From Tubiluchus corallicola (lineage: Eukaryota > Animalia > Priapulida), in NCBI GenBank assembly GCA_030141605.1, contig JAQGDQ010002380.1, forward strand, positions 124,001-188,000: 64,000 nt of DNA. Reading direction: 5' to 3'. Numbering within the stretch: position 1 is the first letter of the stretch; every line of letters starts with the position of its first letter. The position numbers were made by a program, and so were the translations under genes. Shown here piece after piece: positions 24,753-43,930 of this stretch. The notes under the pieces are model-generated. The model made no database searches. It was not told the origin of the DNA and saw nothing but the letters and a program-made list of their open reading frames with translations.

Positions 24753-27218
24753 ATGTTTGACAAGAAAGTTGCTTTGTGTCTAACATTGTCCATTCTCTGG
24801 CTGCAAAGTAAGTAACTCAGCATAAAAAAGTTGTTTTTGATTTTGGTAAATTTGCTAACCTTTAGTCGTAACTCAAGCCGGTCGCCTGATAGTGATTCGA
24901 CTCTCTACTATAGACTTTATAATGGTGGTCAGAAAATACTAAATTTCAAACGTTGACTCTCACGTTTTTATATAATTTCCAGTGTACTTCAGGACCGAGT
25001 AACGTCTACACTAGCTCAGCAATTTTGGAGGAGATAGATTATACAGACAGAAAAATACTAATTTTAGAAGTTTAGTAGAAAAGTACTAATTTTAGAAGTT
25101 TAGTAGAAAAGTACTAATTTTAGAAGTTTAGTAGAAAAGTACTAATTTTAGAAGTTTAGTAGACAAGTACTAATATTAGAAGTTTAGTAGAAAAGTACTA
25201 ATTTTAGAAGTTTAGTAGACAAGTACTAATTTTAGAAGTTTAGTAGACAAGTACTAATTTTAGAATTTTAAGTTTTATGACCGTTGTTAGGCATTTTTAA
25301 CGCACAGCTATAGGTCAGATCCTACCTGCTGTGTAAGCTTTGTTCGAATCGTTTCAGAGATATCGGAGAAAGAGCAAACAAACACAAACAGTCAGACAGA
25401 TAAAAATTCTAAATTTTGACTCCTACAACTTTTAGATAATTGTTCATTGTATCACAATATCCAGTTGCGTCTTCACTACCTCAGGAATAGAGATAGATTT
25501 TGAAGTCAGAAAAGTACCAATCTTAGAAGTTGTTTTTATGCCGCAGGTAAGCGATCGTTGTCAGCATGGCCCCACAGTTTTTTACTGTATAACAAGTGTT
25601 CAGGCTGGCTTGGTTGCTTGCTTGGTTGGTTGGAATTGTATCAGCCGTCCCCGAGGAGTAGCGTGCAGAGGTAGGCAGGAAGGCGGGCGGACAGACAGGC
25701 GAACAGACTGATGCGACTGAGAATAAAAGTTGGCTAAGTTGTGTTGTCTAATAGGTTAATTAGAGAAATGATAAACGGTATGAAAGCAATGTCAAAGCTT
25801 GAAAAGTGCGAAGAGAGAGAAAAAAGAGAAAGAGAGAGACAGATAGAAAGAGAAGGAGAACAGAAAAGGGAATAGAAGAGATGGTAAAATAATAATTTTT
25901 TGTAGTAAAATTAACAGGTAAGTTGCAATTTATATCTGTCTGTAACAAATTATGGCTCACCTACTGAGACGGAACTAATGTTTATTTTTGCTTTGCAGCA
26001 CTGTCATATACAACCGAAGGAAGCTCATCAAATGCAAGATATGGAATCCCTTTATTAGACTTTGAAGATTACTTGCAGTGTTATGAATGTGAAGTATCGT
26101 TTCGCAAGACGTACAATACGAATGATACCTGTTTTAGTGAAGATAGACTCATCAATAGCAGCTATTGGGTATTTTGCCCGAAAAAGTACAATACCTGCCA
26201 GGTAACTACTATAGTTATTACTAATGTGTTATATGTGGGTCTTAAACGTCATAGTTAATATCTATCCTCTGGGTAATTTGCTTATGACTGTTCTTGCAGC
26301 TTCAAATTTGCATGTTACAGACATTTCTGCAGACAAGTTCTTTACTTTGCTGAGGTGACTTGAACTGCCCAAATTAATACTATAATTAATATTCAGCACT
26401 AAAGCAGGTTAATAGCTGAGTGGTGACGTTCGTGTGTCTCACGACCGAAGTTACGCAACGCTACCGCCTGGGCTCGAATTCGATACTTGCCCTTGGCCAT
26501 ATATCACTCTCCATAGTGTTTTTGGTTGCTGGCCTTGTGCTTTTGTATCAAAACATGGCTAAGACGCCCCTTCTGGTTCAGTAGCTCACTTGGGTTGCAC
26601 TTAAGGTTACTGACACGAGGTAAGACGCCGATCTCGCCATAAACACCACCTTAAAGTGATCCCGCTGTTTAATGCTGCATTCCTGCTAGCATTGCTCCGC
26701 ATTATGCAATACAATAATGTATGAGAAACTTATCATTGCTGTTGTTTTTCCGGCTAGTGAAGCGAATGATGTTGCACAACAAAGCCACGTTCACACCTCG
26801 AATTCGCTCCGGCAAATCAGAATTATACGAACCCTTGTGCAAGAGGTGACATGGTTTGGCAATTCGTCACTACACTTGCAACAAAAAGTGTTTATTTTAT
26901 GCCTTTTTATTACTAATATCAAATCTAAAATTTATATCACTTTCAATTGGCATAATTATTAAAATTTATTTTACGTTATTTTTGTAGACGGAGAGAAGAG
27001 AAGTGAATGGGGTTCTTGTTCTCCTCCTGCGGAGATGTGCTAAAGAATGTGAACCTGGCTGTGAGCTGAGTGGTTATGGAGTGACAATAAAATCATGCAT
27101 TTCCTGTTGTAATTCAACTCTTTGCAACGTGGACAATTTTGCCTTACTGATGTTGCCGTCCAGAACTACGATAACAGCAGTGCTGCTGATGTTGTTATAT
27201 TATGAATATTTAATTTAA
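24753..27218 (+). CDS. Ly6/uPAR three-finger domain protein, quiver/sleepless-like, probably GPI-anchored (3 coding exons, 162 aa)
   Basis: Exons 24753-24807 (MFDKKVALCLTLSILWLQ, signal peptide, donor GTAAGT), 25999-26201 (...LQCYECEVSF...TCFSE...FCPKKYNTCQ) and 26988-27218 (TERREVNGVLVLLLRRCAKECEPGCELSGYGVTIKSCISCCNSTLCN plus hydrophobic tail). Phases 1 and 0 fit. It has 12 Cys with the N-terminal CYxC and C-terminal CCxxxxCN Ly6 hallmarks. A candidate non-coding exon ends at 24251 (CAG/GTAAGT), with an acceptor at 24722. Confidence 0.88.
25049..25275. repeat. 28-bp minisatellite, about 8 copies (intron of the Ly6 gene)
   Basis: Unit AGA(A/C)AAGTACTAATTTTAGAAGTTTAGT. Confidence 0.92.
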
Positions 27219-28947
27219 TTCCATTTCGTTTTACATTTTATTATGGAAACTGCCGTACACAGCTCATCCTTACATTATGCCCCACATTGCTGGTACCGTG
27301 CAACCGAGAAAGCACTTTGCAAAACGGTTTTATGAAATTCCATGTAGCATGTAAAAATAGTAGAACCTCGACAATTAAATTTGTAACCAAACATACGTTA
27401 AATGCCGTAAACTCAATAATGTTTTTCAACTTGTATAAAACTGTTATAAAAATAATGTACCCTGAAAGATGTACATTTTCATGTATTATCTCGTAAGATT
27501 ATGAAAGGCAGCTAACGATAATAAACTTAACTAAAGACTGCATAAGTTGTATAGAAAATACAAATCTTAATTTTTATCAAAGTATCAATTGAGAGAAACG
27601 TTAGAATATGTGGGGATCTTTTTAAATTAATTGCTTTGTCTTCTTGTATGAAAATAACTTCACTACTTTTTTGTTGTTGTCAGTTTTTAATATATTTAAT
27701 ATACTTTTGCTAATAGTCTACTAACTTCTTTTAATTGAATCACTTATGTAACTTGACTGTACACGTGTGTTCGAAAATAAATGATGTTAATAATAACAGT
27801 TTACCTGCTAGTCATAATGTTGCTGCTTCTGTTACTGGTGCTGCTGATGACGATGATAATAATAATGGTGATGACATGATGGCATGTATTATGGCACTGG
27901 CGATGATGATGACACGACTGTGATAGTGATGGTGAGAGAGACAGTGATGATGACTGAGATTATGGTGATGAAGACGATGAAGACAATGACGAACGGTGAT
28001 TAATTTCTTCATTTTACTGGCAGCACCAACAATAATTTAGTTAATTTTGAGTTCAGTTTGGTATCATGATATTATGTTATTAAACTTTAGTAATTCTATT
28101 TAGATGTAACCATATTGTAGTATCATTTTACATTAAGAAAGATTATACATTATATTTTGTGTATACTTAATGTTGCCATAATATTTTGCGATAAATTAAA
28201 CATAATTTCTTTTTCTCTATGAAAGTTAACATGTTTCCTGACGAATGCTCGCTGGTAAAAAACATTGGTGTAGCTATTGCTAAAGTGTTTGCCTGTCACG
28301 GAAAGGTGCAAAAAAGTGACATTTGAATTACTCAGCACGTATATATTGCTAAAACTTTTGCTTGACACGGTGATGTACTGTTCAAAGTGACATTTGAATT
28401 ACTCAGAGCGTATATATTGCTAAAACTTTTGCTTGACACGGTGAGGTACTGTTGAACATTTGAATCACTCACAGCGCATACATTGCTAAAACTTTCCCCT
28501 GTCTCGGTGAGGTTCTGTTGAACATTTGACTCACTCACAGTGCATACATTGCTAAAACTTTCCCCTGTCACGGTGAGGTACTGTTGAACATTTGAATCAC
28601 TCACAGCATATACATTGCTAAAACTTTCCCCTGTCACGGTGAGGTACTGTTCAACAATTGAATTACTCACAGCGAATACATTGCTAAAACTTTTGACTGT
28701 CACAGTGAGGTACTGTTGAACATTTTAATCACTCACAGCATATACATTGCTAAAACTTTCCCCTGTCACGGTGAGGTACTGTTGAACATTTGAATCACTC
28801 ACAGCGCATACATTGCTAAAACTTTCCCCTGTCACGGTGAGGTACTGTTGAACATTTGAATCACTCACAGCGCATACATTGCTAAAACTTTCCCCTGTTA
28901 CGGTGAGGTACTATTGATTATTTGAATCACTCACAGCGCATACATTG

Positions 28948-35122
<6,175 letters not shown>

Positions 35123-37542
35123 AATAACCCGTTTTTATCTTGATGAATAAACTGCGTTATAAAATTTGCAGCAGCTGAAGGTTATTGTACAAATATTGTT
35201 GTTAATAAGCGCAAGGAACTTTCTTGTTTGCACATCATTTGTCCCATTGTGGTAAAGCTTATTTCCATGTCTTCAATAAAATATATAGCGTCACCTTAGA
35301 TATTGTCACGTGTGGGTTACGCCTTTTAACGACCGAAAAAAGCGTCAACAGTAGACATGTTAGCGTGCTGTACTTTCCACAAATGAGATCTTCAGGCAAT
35401 TTAGAAGTTCCACATGAACGGGCGTTCAGGTTTTGTTCGCCAGCGTCCAAGTGGATTAAGCTTAACAATTTAACGTGGCTGGGAGGGTCGAGGGAGGCGA
35501 ACACAAAACAACCTTAGCCTAGACACACGTAAAACTGGCCATCACGTTTTTAAATTATGGTAAACATGCAGAAATTGAAATCGTAGTTGTTTGAAAGCAG
35601 AATTTATTAATGAAGATTCATTTGAGCTCATATATTTCCACTCGAATACCTAATTTTATGGGTCGCATGTAGCTATAAACTAATATCACCTTTCTGGCTA
35701 GTATTACATACTCGTACTATTCTGAATTATTTTTATTTATTTATTTATTTATTTATTTAGTAAATGTAATTCCCTTTTAGGTAAGTTTAATAAATTACTT
35801 GAATTTTTAATTTTTGCTTTTCAGGCAGACAATGGGTTTTGTTGGATGACGTAGAATGTCAAAAAGGTCACTAAGCCTTCTTTCACGATTACGTTCTACG
35901 TCTTTTAATTTAGATTTACGTCTTTGCAACTAATACGAAAATATTTCTCACCAGCCGAATAATATTGATTGCAACAAGCTAAATCAGATTTTGACGAAAC
36001 TAAGAATCAATTTTCGCCATCTTTAAAATGTAACAAATGAATACGTTTAATTGTCGCTGATTCACAATTGAATATATTGTGCAAAATAAAATTTATTACA
36101 GGAAAAACAGTGTTAAAACTAATATATTTTTTGTAGTTTGCCACACTAAAACGTAACATTGTGATACAAAATTAATAATTATGACTGGAATGAAAGAAGA
36201 TGCGCCACGTGGTCTATGTGAAGTGCAGAAATCACAACTTGGCATCGCAAAAATTCCAATCTTGCTTGTCATTGTCTTTACGGCTATTGTTCAATCGGAA
36301 AACTGTACTTCCTCCCAATGTTTCCTCTATTATCCACGTCAGGCACATGAACTTCACCACTGTCCTTTTTTGCTAAACACAAAAGAAACAAAATTATGTT
36401 TTATAAAACTTAAATTATTATTTTTAAAAATTACACATTCCTGATACGCCATTTTCAAATTGCCAAAAATAATCTGTTAAACTAAATTTTGTTTTCTAAA
36501 CTCTAGTTTGTAATAATTAATGCAACAATAAGTGTTTTTGGAATGGCCGTAAAAGTTCCTTCTATAATCTATTCGTTCAATTTAATTGAAATTTATAAAA
36601 GTAGGCATTTGCGTTTTTGTGCTCGTCAGACATGCTTTTATAATATCATGCTGATTTTGAAAAAAATTGAATCCAAATTTTATTTTTGAAGAAAATTTGA
36701 ATCCAAAAAGCAAATTTTACTTTTGCACAGGCTTCACCCACACTTTTGTGTAGCGCTTTTACTAAAACGTATTCTCGCGTTTAAAGTTGAAAAAACAAAA
36801 AAACTTAAAGCATTAAAACCAGAAAAAACGCATAAAAATTCTCTCTACCAACGATCGAACTATGGGCCTTCAGGTCAAAAACAAATAGTCTCATAACCGC
36901 ATGATTGAGCTGTGATACAGTATCGGTTTTAAATCTTTTCAAATTTTCCTTCCTATCAAATTGTTAATTTGATTAGTGATAATTACTCTCTGTTATTTAC
37001 ATAGTTTTATCTTAGCTCTAATTACTTTTCAGTGCATGCAAGAAGGACATTAATTAGCACTGAATTGCGTTATTATTGCTACACAAAAATAAAAACATTC
37101 CCATACGAAACCTTCAATTTTTTTCGAAACACTGAAGCTTGTTTCAGACATGTGACCTGGTGAACGTGCTACAAAAGTACCTGTAGAACACACCTATAAT
37201 AAATAAAATAAATACGCACACGAGTTAGTTATTTAGCAACAGTCAAGAACCGTTAGTTAAAAAATAACGAGTTAATAACAACAATTTTTAACAATAAGTT
37301 AATAACACGAATTTTCCTATCTTTACTTAAGTAAATGTTTTTCTTACGTTTTAAAGGACAAGAAAAGGTGTACCTGAAGCAGGTTTCAGAAAAATCGCCT
37401 TAAAAAATTATATTACTTTATAGCAATTTTATGCCTATATCTTACTCGCACTGAAAGTAATTTTGATTTGTTTTCATTTTAAATTTCCCGCAATACTATT
37501 CCGAAGTCGCCATTACATGACGTCATGCACCAAACGTAAATC

Positions 37543-38521
37543 AAGGGAAGAAAAGGCAATGTTAAATTATATCTCAAAAGACTTTCCGTGCAAATCTATA
37601 TTACTTAGATTTTCGCTTACCTGCTAGAGAGATTTATGTAACTAGAAAAGAAAATTATTAATTATTTAAAATGTTTTCACCAATTGGTAAAATGTAGCTG
37701 ACTCACCCTACAGGGTGCACCACTCACTAACAAAAAAACGTATTTTTAATCTTATTGACAAGACATAGTAATTTTAAATTTTATTTAGTTAGTGACTTGC
37801 GCGCTACGAATGCTCTGATTATTTTTTCAAACTTTACAAAATGTTATCTAAACTTGTTTCAAATGACCTGTCGTGAAAATGGCTGCGTCTAACGGTCATC
37901 GCGGGAGTTTAAATTTACAGGTTTTATACAGCGTGACTGCCGATTGAAGTCCTGCATGCAAAAAGGCAGCATGTAAGCGAAACAAAATTTCAAAACGAAT
38001 TTTTCAAGCTTTATGTTTATGAAGGGTTCTCTTGTGCTTTAAGCACCACACCGCTTGATTAAGTTCTTTCGGTAGACAATGTTTTGCAGCCTATACTGCC
38101 TTATTGCACACAGATGTTATATTAGCAATAATACTGTATAAAACATGTAAATTTAAACTCCCGCGATGACTGTTAGGCGCAGCCATTTTGACGGTAGATT
38201 GTTTGAAACAACTTTAGGTGACATTGTGTGAAGTTTGAAAAAACCATCAGAGAATTCGCAGCGCACTCTTCTGTTACTAAACAAAAGACTTAATTACTTT
38301 ACATTACCAATAAAATTAAAAATACGTTTTTGATAACTTAGTGGTGCATACTGGGCTGGTGAAACACTGACGATTTACCAGTTGGAGCAAACATTTTAAA
38401 TTGCTAAAAAATTTCTTTTCTAGTTACATAAGTCCCTCAAGCAGGTAAGCGTATAGCTAAGTAATATAAGTTTGTGTGGAAAGTTTTTGTGAACATTCTT
38501 TAAAAATGTTTTTTCTTCCCC
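37543..38521. repeat. Long inverted repeat formed by two copies of a ~390-bp dispersed repeat family
   Basis: 37543-37940 is the reverse complement of 38120-38521 (e.g. CGCTTACCTGCT..TTATGTAACTAGAAAAGAAA vs TTTCTTTTCTAGTTACATAAG..AGCAGGTAAGCG). Confidence 0.85.
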
Positions 38522-39116
38522 TTCAACATTTTTTGCTGTTTCAAGGAAATCAATGTGCACCACACGCTTAGCACACATGGAACTAATGGAAGGAATTCAG
38601 CCAAACGAGTCAAGAACCAAACTTAGAGTCCTGGTTGCACCATTTGAAAACTAGGGCAGAGGCGGGCCAAACTGCTGGTGAAATTGAGGAAGCGCTTTTA
38701 CATCTCCCTGGATATTCTGACATTTGGCACCGCTTCACTTAAACTTTCATAAATACTTTTTAAGAAAAAGCTTTCTTCCGATTAAAATTTTTCGTCTATA
38801 AATGGTAGTACTAAACTAGTCATCTAGATAATTTAGTAAAAAAAGCAAGCGAAGGCAATTAGCTGATCGAGCGCCCGAAGTTAAGCAACAGCTGATCCTG
38901 AGCAGTAAATGAATGGATAATCAATATGAAAATTGGTTCTGCGGCTTCTTCTGCTATATTTCCCCGGCTCTTTTCCCTGCTGAAGAGAGGTACAATCGCG
39001 TCCATCTTAGAGGGCTGTCTTCGATAATAAGCAAGATCCCGTCCAGTCACAACAATTTATAATAATCATTTGAACGCACGAAAGAATATTATATTAAAAA
39101 GTGTGAAAAATTTCAA

Positions 39117-39188
39117 ACCACCGCTAGGACTCGAACCTAGGACTTATGCTGTCCAGGCAGCTATACTAGCCGCTACACCACAAAGGCA
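39117..39188 (-). mobile_element. tRNA-derived SINE head or tRNA pseudogene
   Basis: The - strand reads GCCTTTGTGGTGTAGCGGCTAGTATAGCTGCC...CCTAGGTTCGAGTCCTAG, with an A box and a B box/T-arm but no proper acceptor stem. Confidence 0.55.
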
Positions 39189-39949
39189 CTTGACCTACTT
39201 GACGGCACGTATGCTACTAGTTGTATATGAATGAGGAATTAAAGTCTACATTGTACCACATAGTACAAGATCAATTCTATGAACGCCCGAAAGCTGGTAT
39301 AAATTATCCCTTCATCGGGATTCGAACTCATAACCTACAATCCGGGTTGCTAACCATTACGCCACAGAGAGATTTTTCAGAATAAAAAAAATACACTGGA
39401 CGATGAAAAAGGTAACTAGCAGGTTGACCTAATTAGCAAACGCCAAAAGACAAGATATTAGACAGGTTTCCATCATTTGTAAAAAATGTGGCACATGTTT
39501 TTCCTTCCATACAGGTGCTGCCAATGAAATTAGTATTCATCAGTTTGTTAGATTTGAGTGCACGCATGCGCAAGTCAACTCAAAAATAAATGTAAAGACA
39601 AGCATAATAATTAGTAAGTTACGGAGGTAACCTTAGTCATCAGAATACCGACCAACCAAAAGCTGTACTGCCTGTAGATTTTTGCATCAGTAGATTTAGT
39701 ATAATAAATGCATATTATGTTAAAAGTAATTTTTAATTTTTTTGTGCGTATGCGTTGAGAAGTTATATTTTGTAATTGAATTTTAATTTTACCTATGTAA
39801 ATTTTATGTCTTTTATTCACAATTTAAAAAATTAACTCTTGTAATAGTAGTTTAACACTATTGCCTACAACAGGCATTGAGTGGTTACACATATAGTATT
39901 TTCACGTATTTTATCACACCTGTAAATGTGTAGAACTTATGCAATAAAG

Positions 39950-39999
<50 letters not shown>

Positions 40000-40091
40000 C
40001 ACTGCTGTGATGGCAGTGCTAATCGTGCAAAGTTAACAGCGCAGTTCACAGCGGGTATTGCTCTCCTCAATTTTTCCCTAGTTCTTATGCA

Positions 40092-41985
40092 TTAAATAAC
40101 AGCATATTTTAAGACTAACAATACCTGAGTGCTATTGGTTAATCTGCCATTGTAGTATTTAGTGTTCCTGTCGTGTGGATATCGCAATTCGCCGCAGCAG
40201 CTCCTGCTTTTCAGGACAGCAATGAAACCCAACCGGAACTTCCGGTTCAGAAATCCGTACAGGACCGGATCAATCCCACTATTCGACGTGGATATCCATT
40301 GGCATATGGGTATGAGCAGTGCCAGCTGCGCATTGTTATCGGAGACAACTCCAAAATAAACAAACGCAAACGTCAAGTACAGTGGCAGCCAACTGAAGGC
40401 GAACACCATCACAACGACTAGGACCATTTTTGCAAGTTTGAGCTTCTGTTTTCGAACCAGCGTTTCCAAGTCACGTGTTTCACCAATCACGGGACGTCGT
40501 AAGACGTGCAGAAATATCAAGAAATAGCAAACACTTATGACAGCTAAGGGAACAATGTAGCACTGCAAAGCTACAACGCACAAGAAGTACCATTTTGCTG
40601 CAGCGGGATCGTGCCATCCGAATTCGCCACAAACTGACAGTAATTGACCCTTGAATATTATATCTACGGCATCGTAATACAGCAACCAAGGAATGAAGGT
40701 CAGGCAGGAATATATCCATATAACAGCAATGAATCGTCCCGCTGCCTTCGTCGTCATCTCATACTTCATCGGATAAACAATAGAAATGTATCTGGAAATA
40801 TAAATCTCATTATTTTTGCAATACAATAATTGCCAACAGGTGTCTCTAGTGAGAAATCCTTTTCAAGACCAGGGCCGGATTTTAATTTTGTAGGCCCCTG
40901 GGTTACAGATACATGAGGCTCCGGCCCCAGTGACAATTAAAAAAAGCGTGAATGTTGGATTCTTCAAATCAGCTTATTCAAATTCTACAAAATAATGCCA
41001 ACATTAGGCCCACGTAGATGGGTGAAAGTTTAACACAACAAAAAGAGAAGAAATATTCTGATATTTACAAAATTAAAACATGGAATACATACGAATTACA
41101 ATAAATTGTAATTTTGTCACAGGAGGTGACCTCAATTCCTCTAAAATTGTGTCATTGTAATCAGATTGCTAGTGTATTTGGCAGTATCAATGAGTTCAAA
41201 TAATGAACAAGAAAACAATTTCAGTGTATTATTACACAGTATATTAATGCATTCTCTAGCAACTTTTCACAGTAATTTACTTTCACTTAATTTCTGGAGG
41301 CCCCTCAACTGGCAAAGGCCCCTGGGCTGCAGCCCATAAAGCCCATGCTCTAGTAACTTTTCACAGTAATTTACTTTCAGAATCTCTGGAGGCCCCTCAA
41401 CTGGCAAAGGCCCCTGGGATGCAGCCCATAAAGCCCATGCTCTAGTAACTTTTCACAGTAATTTACTTTCACTTAATTTCTGAAGGCCCCTCAGCTGGCG
41501 AAGGCCGCTGGGCTGCAGCCCATCTGGTACTGTTAAAGACAATTAATGAGTTTTGAGAACTCAGCTGATTCACGGCTGTTTCAACTAGAAAATGCTCACT
41601 AAGCAGCATTAGGTTTTATACTGTACTGTGTTATACTAGCTTTAAAAATCTTTGCATGTTTGTTAGAGATTTCGTCGTCTTTAATATAACATCAATAATT
41701 GATTCATTAAACCACCATGCATCGTCTCCCAAAAGACAGTCACCAAACTAATTTTCTTACTTATTTAATCGTTGGTAAAGAGCAAACATGACTGACTTAT
41801 TCCTTATTCATTATATTAAACACTTACTGATTAATAAGACCAGATTTCAAAAGCAAGCCTCCCTTGCTCGTGTGTATTTGCTTACCTCTCTACAGATATG
41901 GTAGCCAGTGTGTTCACGGAAGAGGAAACGGAAACAGCTTGAAGCCAGACAACTGTTTTGCACGCCCCATCCGAGAACGGATAAC
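40092..41985 (-). CDS. Class A neuropeptide GPCR, SIFamide/NPFF-receptor-like, 3' cassette B (TM3 exon + TM4-TM7/C-terminal exon); partial
   Basis: Exon 41985-41886 (100 nt, phase 1-2: GYPFSDGACKTVVWLQAVSVSSSVNTLATISVE-R) splices to exon 40791-40092 (YISIVYPMKYEMT...FAFSWLPLY...SNSGIDPVLYGFLNRKFRLGFIAVLKSRSCCGELRY...). TM3 exon size and splice phases match cassette A, and there are no stops or frameshifts. Confidence 0.9.
40870..41525. mobile_element. Probable hAT-like non-autonomous element with triplicated end
   Basis: Starts CAGGGCCGGATT...GGCCCCTGG and ends with three 91-95 bp copies containing GGCCCCTGGGCTGCAGCCC (41253-41521). It lies in the intron of GPCR cassette B. Confidence 0.55.
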
Positions 41986-42349
41986 CTTTAAAAGAAAGCT
42001 TGTGCTAGCAAACTAGAGTTTAGATCTATTACTGTATTAGTAAGGTACTAATTATATCTTTTATTTATCATTACTAATTGTTTTGTCTGTATTCAGGTTT
42101 TGTGGTTTTCTGCCGAGGAAAGCGCCAGTGATGCAAAGACGACAGATATATTTTATTCAAATTTGAAAGTAGCTAATGCAAGAAAACACTTTTCATAACA
42201 AAAGTTTAAAAAATCGTCTTGAAATTTTATATCACTTACATGCTGATTGTAAATTAAAGTACAAGAGAACACTCTTCATAAATAAAGCTTAAACATCGTC
42301 TTGAAAGGTCATATTGCTTACATACTGTCTTATTGCATACAGGGCTTAC

Positions 42350-42735
42350 GTTAACAGTAGCGCTGTATAGAGCTCGTAAATTTAAACTCCCGCGTTAGGC
42401 GCAGTCATTGTAATGTCAGTCGTTTGAAACAAATTTAGATAACATCGCATAAAGTTCGAAAAAATAATCAGAGCATTTGTAACACGCTCCTCGCTAACTA
42501 AGCAAAAGTATAAATTGCTTTACATTATCAATAAGATTAAAAATACGTTTTTGGTGAATCAGTGGTGCACGCTGGGATGGTGATGCAGTGCCATTCCACT
42601 AGTTGTCGCGAGCATTTAAAATTATTAAGAAATTTCTTGTCTAGTTACATTTGTTTTTCAAACAGATAAGAATGATGCATACAGAAGTAATGTAACTTCA
42701 TATCATGGAAAGTTCCTAGAGACATACTGTACTTT
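42350..42735. repeat. Third copy of the ~390-bp dispersed repeat family
   Basis: Colinear similarity with 38120-38500 (GTAAATTTAAACTCCCGCG, TTTGAAACAA, AAAAATACGTTTT, CTAGTTACAT). Confidence 0.8.
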
Positions 42736-43559
42736 AAAAACCGTTTTGATTCTCGTTAAAAAATTTATTATGAGGTTTTCGGTGACCGCATTGGTAATTT
42801 TATTTCATGATATGATATGATGTGATTAACATGGTAATGTTATAGCAAAGAATGTTTTTTACTATAATGTTTACGAACTGTATTCTGTACAATAATAATT
42901 TGCTAATAAAACACGCTTCATTTCGTCAGTCACAAAACAGTTCAGGTCGTGGCATCATCCTGAATTCTGTTTGTCAGCTAAATCGATCTAGATTCGCCCT
43001 GCGTTATGACTTTCACTTAACGCTACACAAATAATTTACATATTTCATTATTGTTGTGACTAACCGACTGACTCAATACTATCTGAGGTTAATACAGCGC
43101 CCTTTTCGCCTAGAAATATACTGTTTTTTATTTTGTATTAATTTGCATTTAATAATGGATAAAGTTACGATGATTTTATGCATGAGATGAGTTTTCTTAC
43201 TGCAGTTACAAATGTTTGCGGCCTAAAATGTTTCACTGTTTACCTGTGTTTGTCCTGCACCTCCTATTAACACCGTGTATTATTTGAAATTAATTAAGAT
43301 TGAACAAAAGATGGCGCTTCTATCAAAGAATTGAAACTTGAGTAGTTTTGTTACGTTAACGCCAGTGACGCACTACAAGTCCTTTTTTGTAACTTTTGTC
43401 AGCAAACAATGATGAATTAAGAAAGAATAAATGGCTTCCCATTCTTTGGGGCAAAAATCTTGTGCATATGTCATAGATAAGAAAAAAATTAAATGTTCAA
43501 GCAGAAAGTCAGTCTGTGTCACCAGAAAATCATCGACTCTGCCAATCGGTTAGTAGATC

Positions 43560-43930
43560 AGCTAACCATCTACTTTTCAACCTGGTAATCGATGAACTGA
43601 TCTCGAAAGTCGGTTCTCGATTTGGCTATGGGATCGACGAATACCAAGTGGCTATAGTTGGTTTTACCGATGACCTAGTCCTAATCTCAGCCTCGAAACA
43701 TGGCATGGGAGTTTTGTTGGAGACAGCCAATGGCTTCTTCACGAAACGAGGTATGACACTGAACGCCAACAAGTGCAAAGCCATGAAGCTAGTCAAGGCA
43801 TACCAGCGAAAGGCTATGAAAGTGTTAATAGAGCACACATGGAAGATCTGCCAGACTCCTATTCCAATGCTGGGAGTCAGTGATACGTATAAATACCTGA
43901 GAATCCCCATGACTGCCAACCTGTCTAGTC
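43560..43930 (+). mobile_element. Reverse transcriptase fragment, R2/site-specific non-LTR-like
   Basis: LFNLVIDEL...VAIVGFTDDLVLIS...GM..LL....FF...GMTLNANKC...YKYL resembles the R2-group RT core, with FADD degenerated to FTDD. Confidence 0.7.

Noticed and set aside
28332-28703. 123-aa ORF of 22-aa repeats, or stop-codon readthrough of the membrane protein
   Set aside because: It is an alternative frame of the 66-bp minisatellite, broken by TAG/TAA in other units. In the gene's frame TAG CAA is followed by TGA after six codons.
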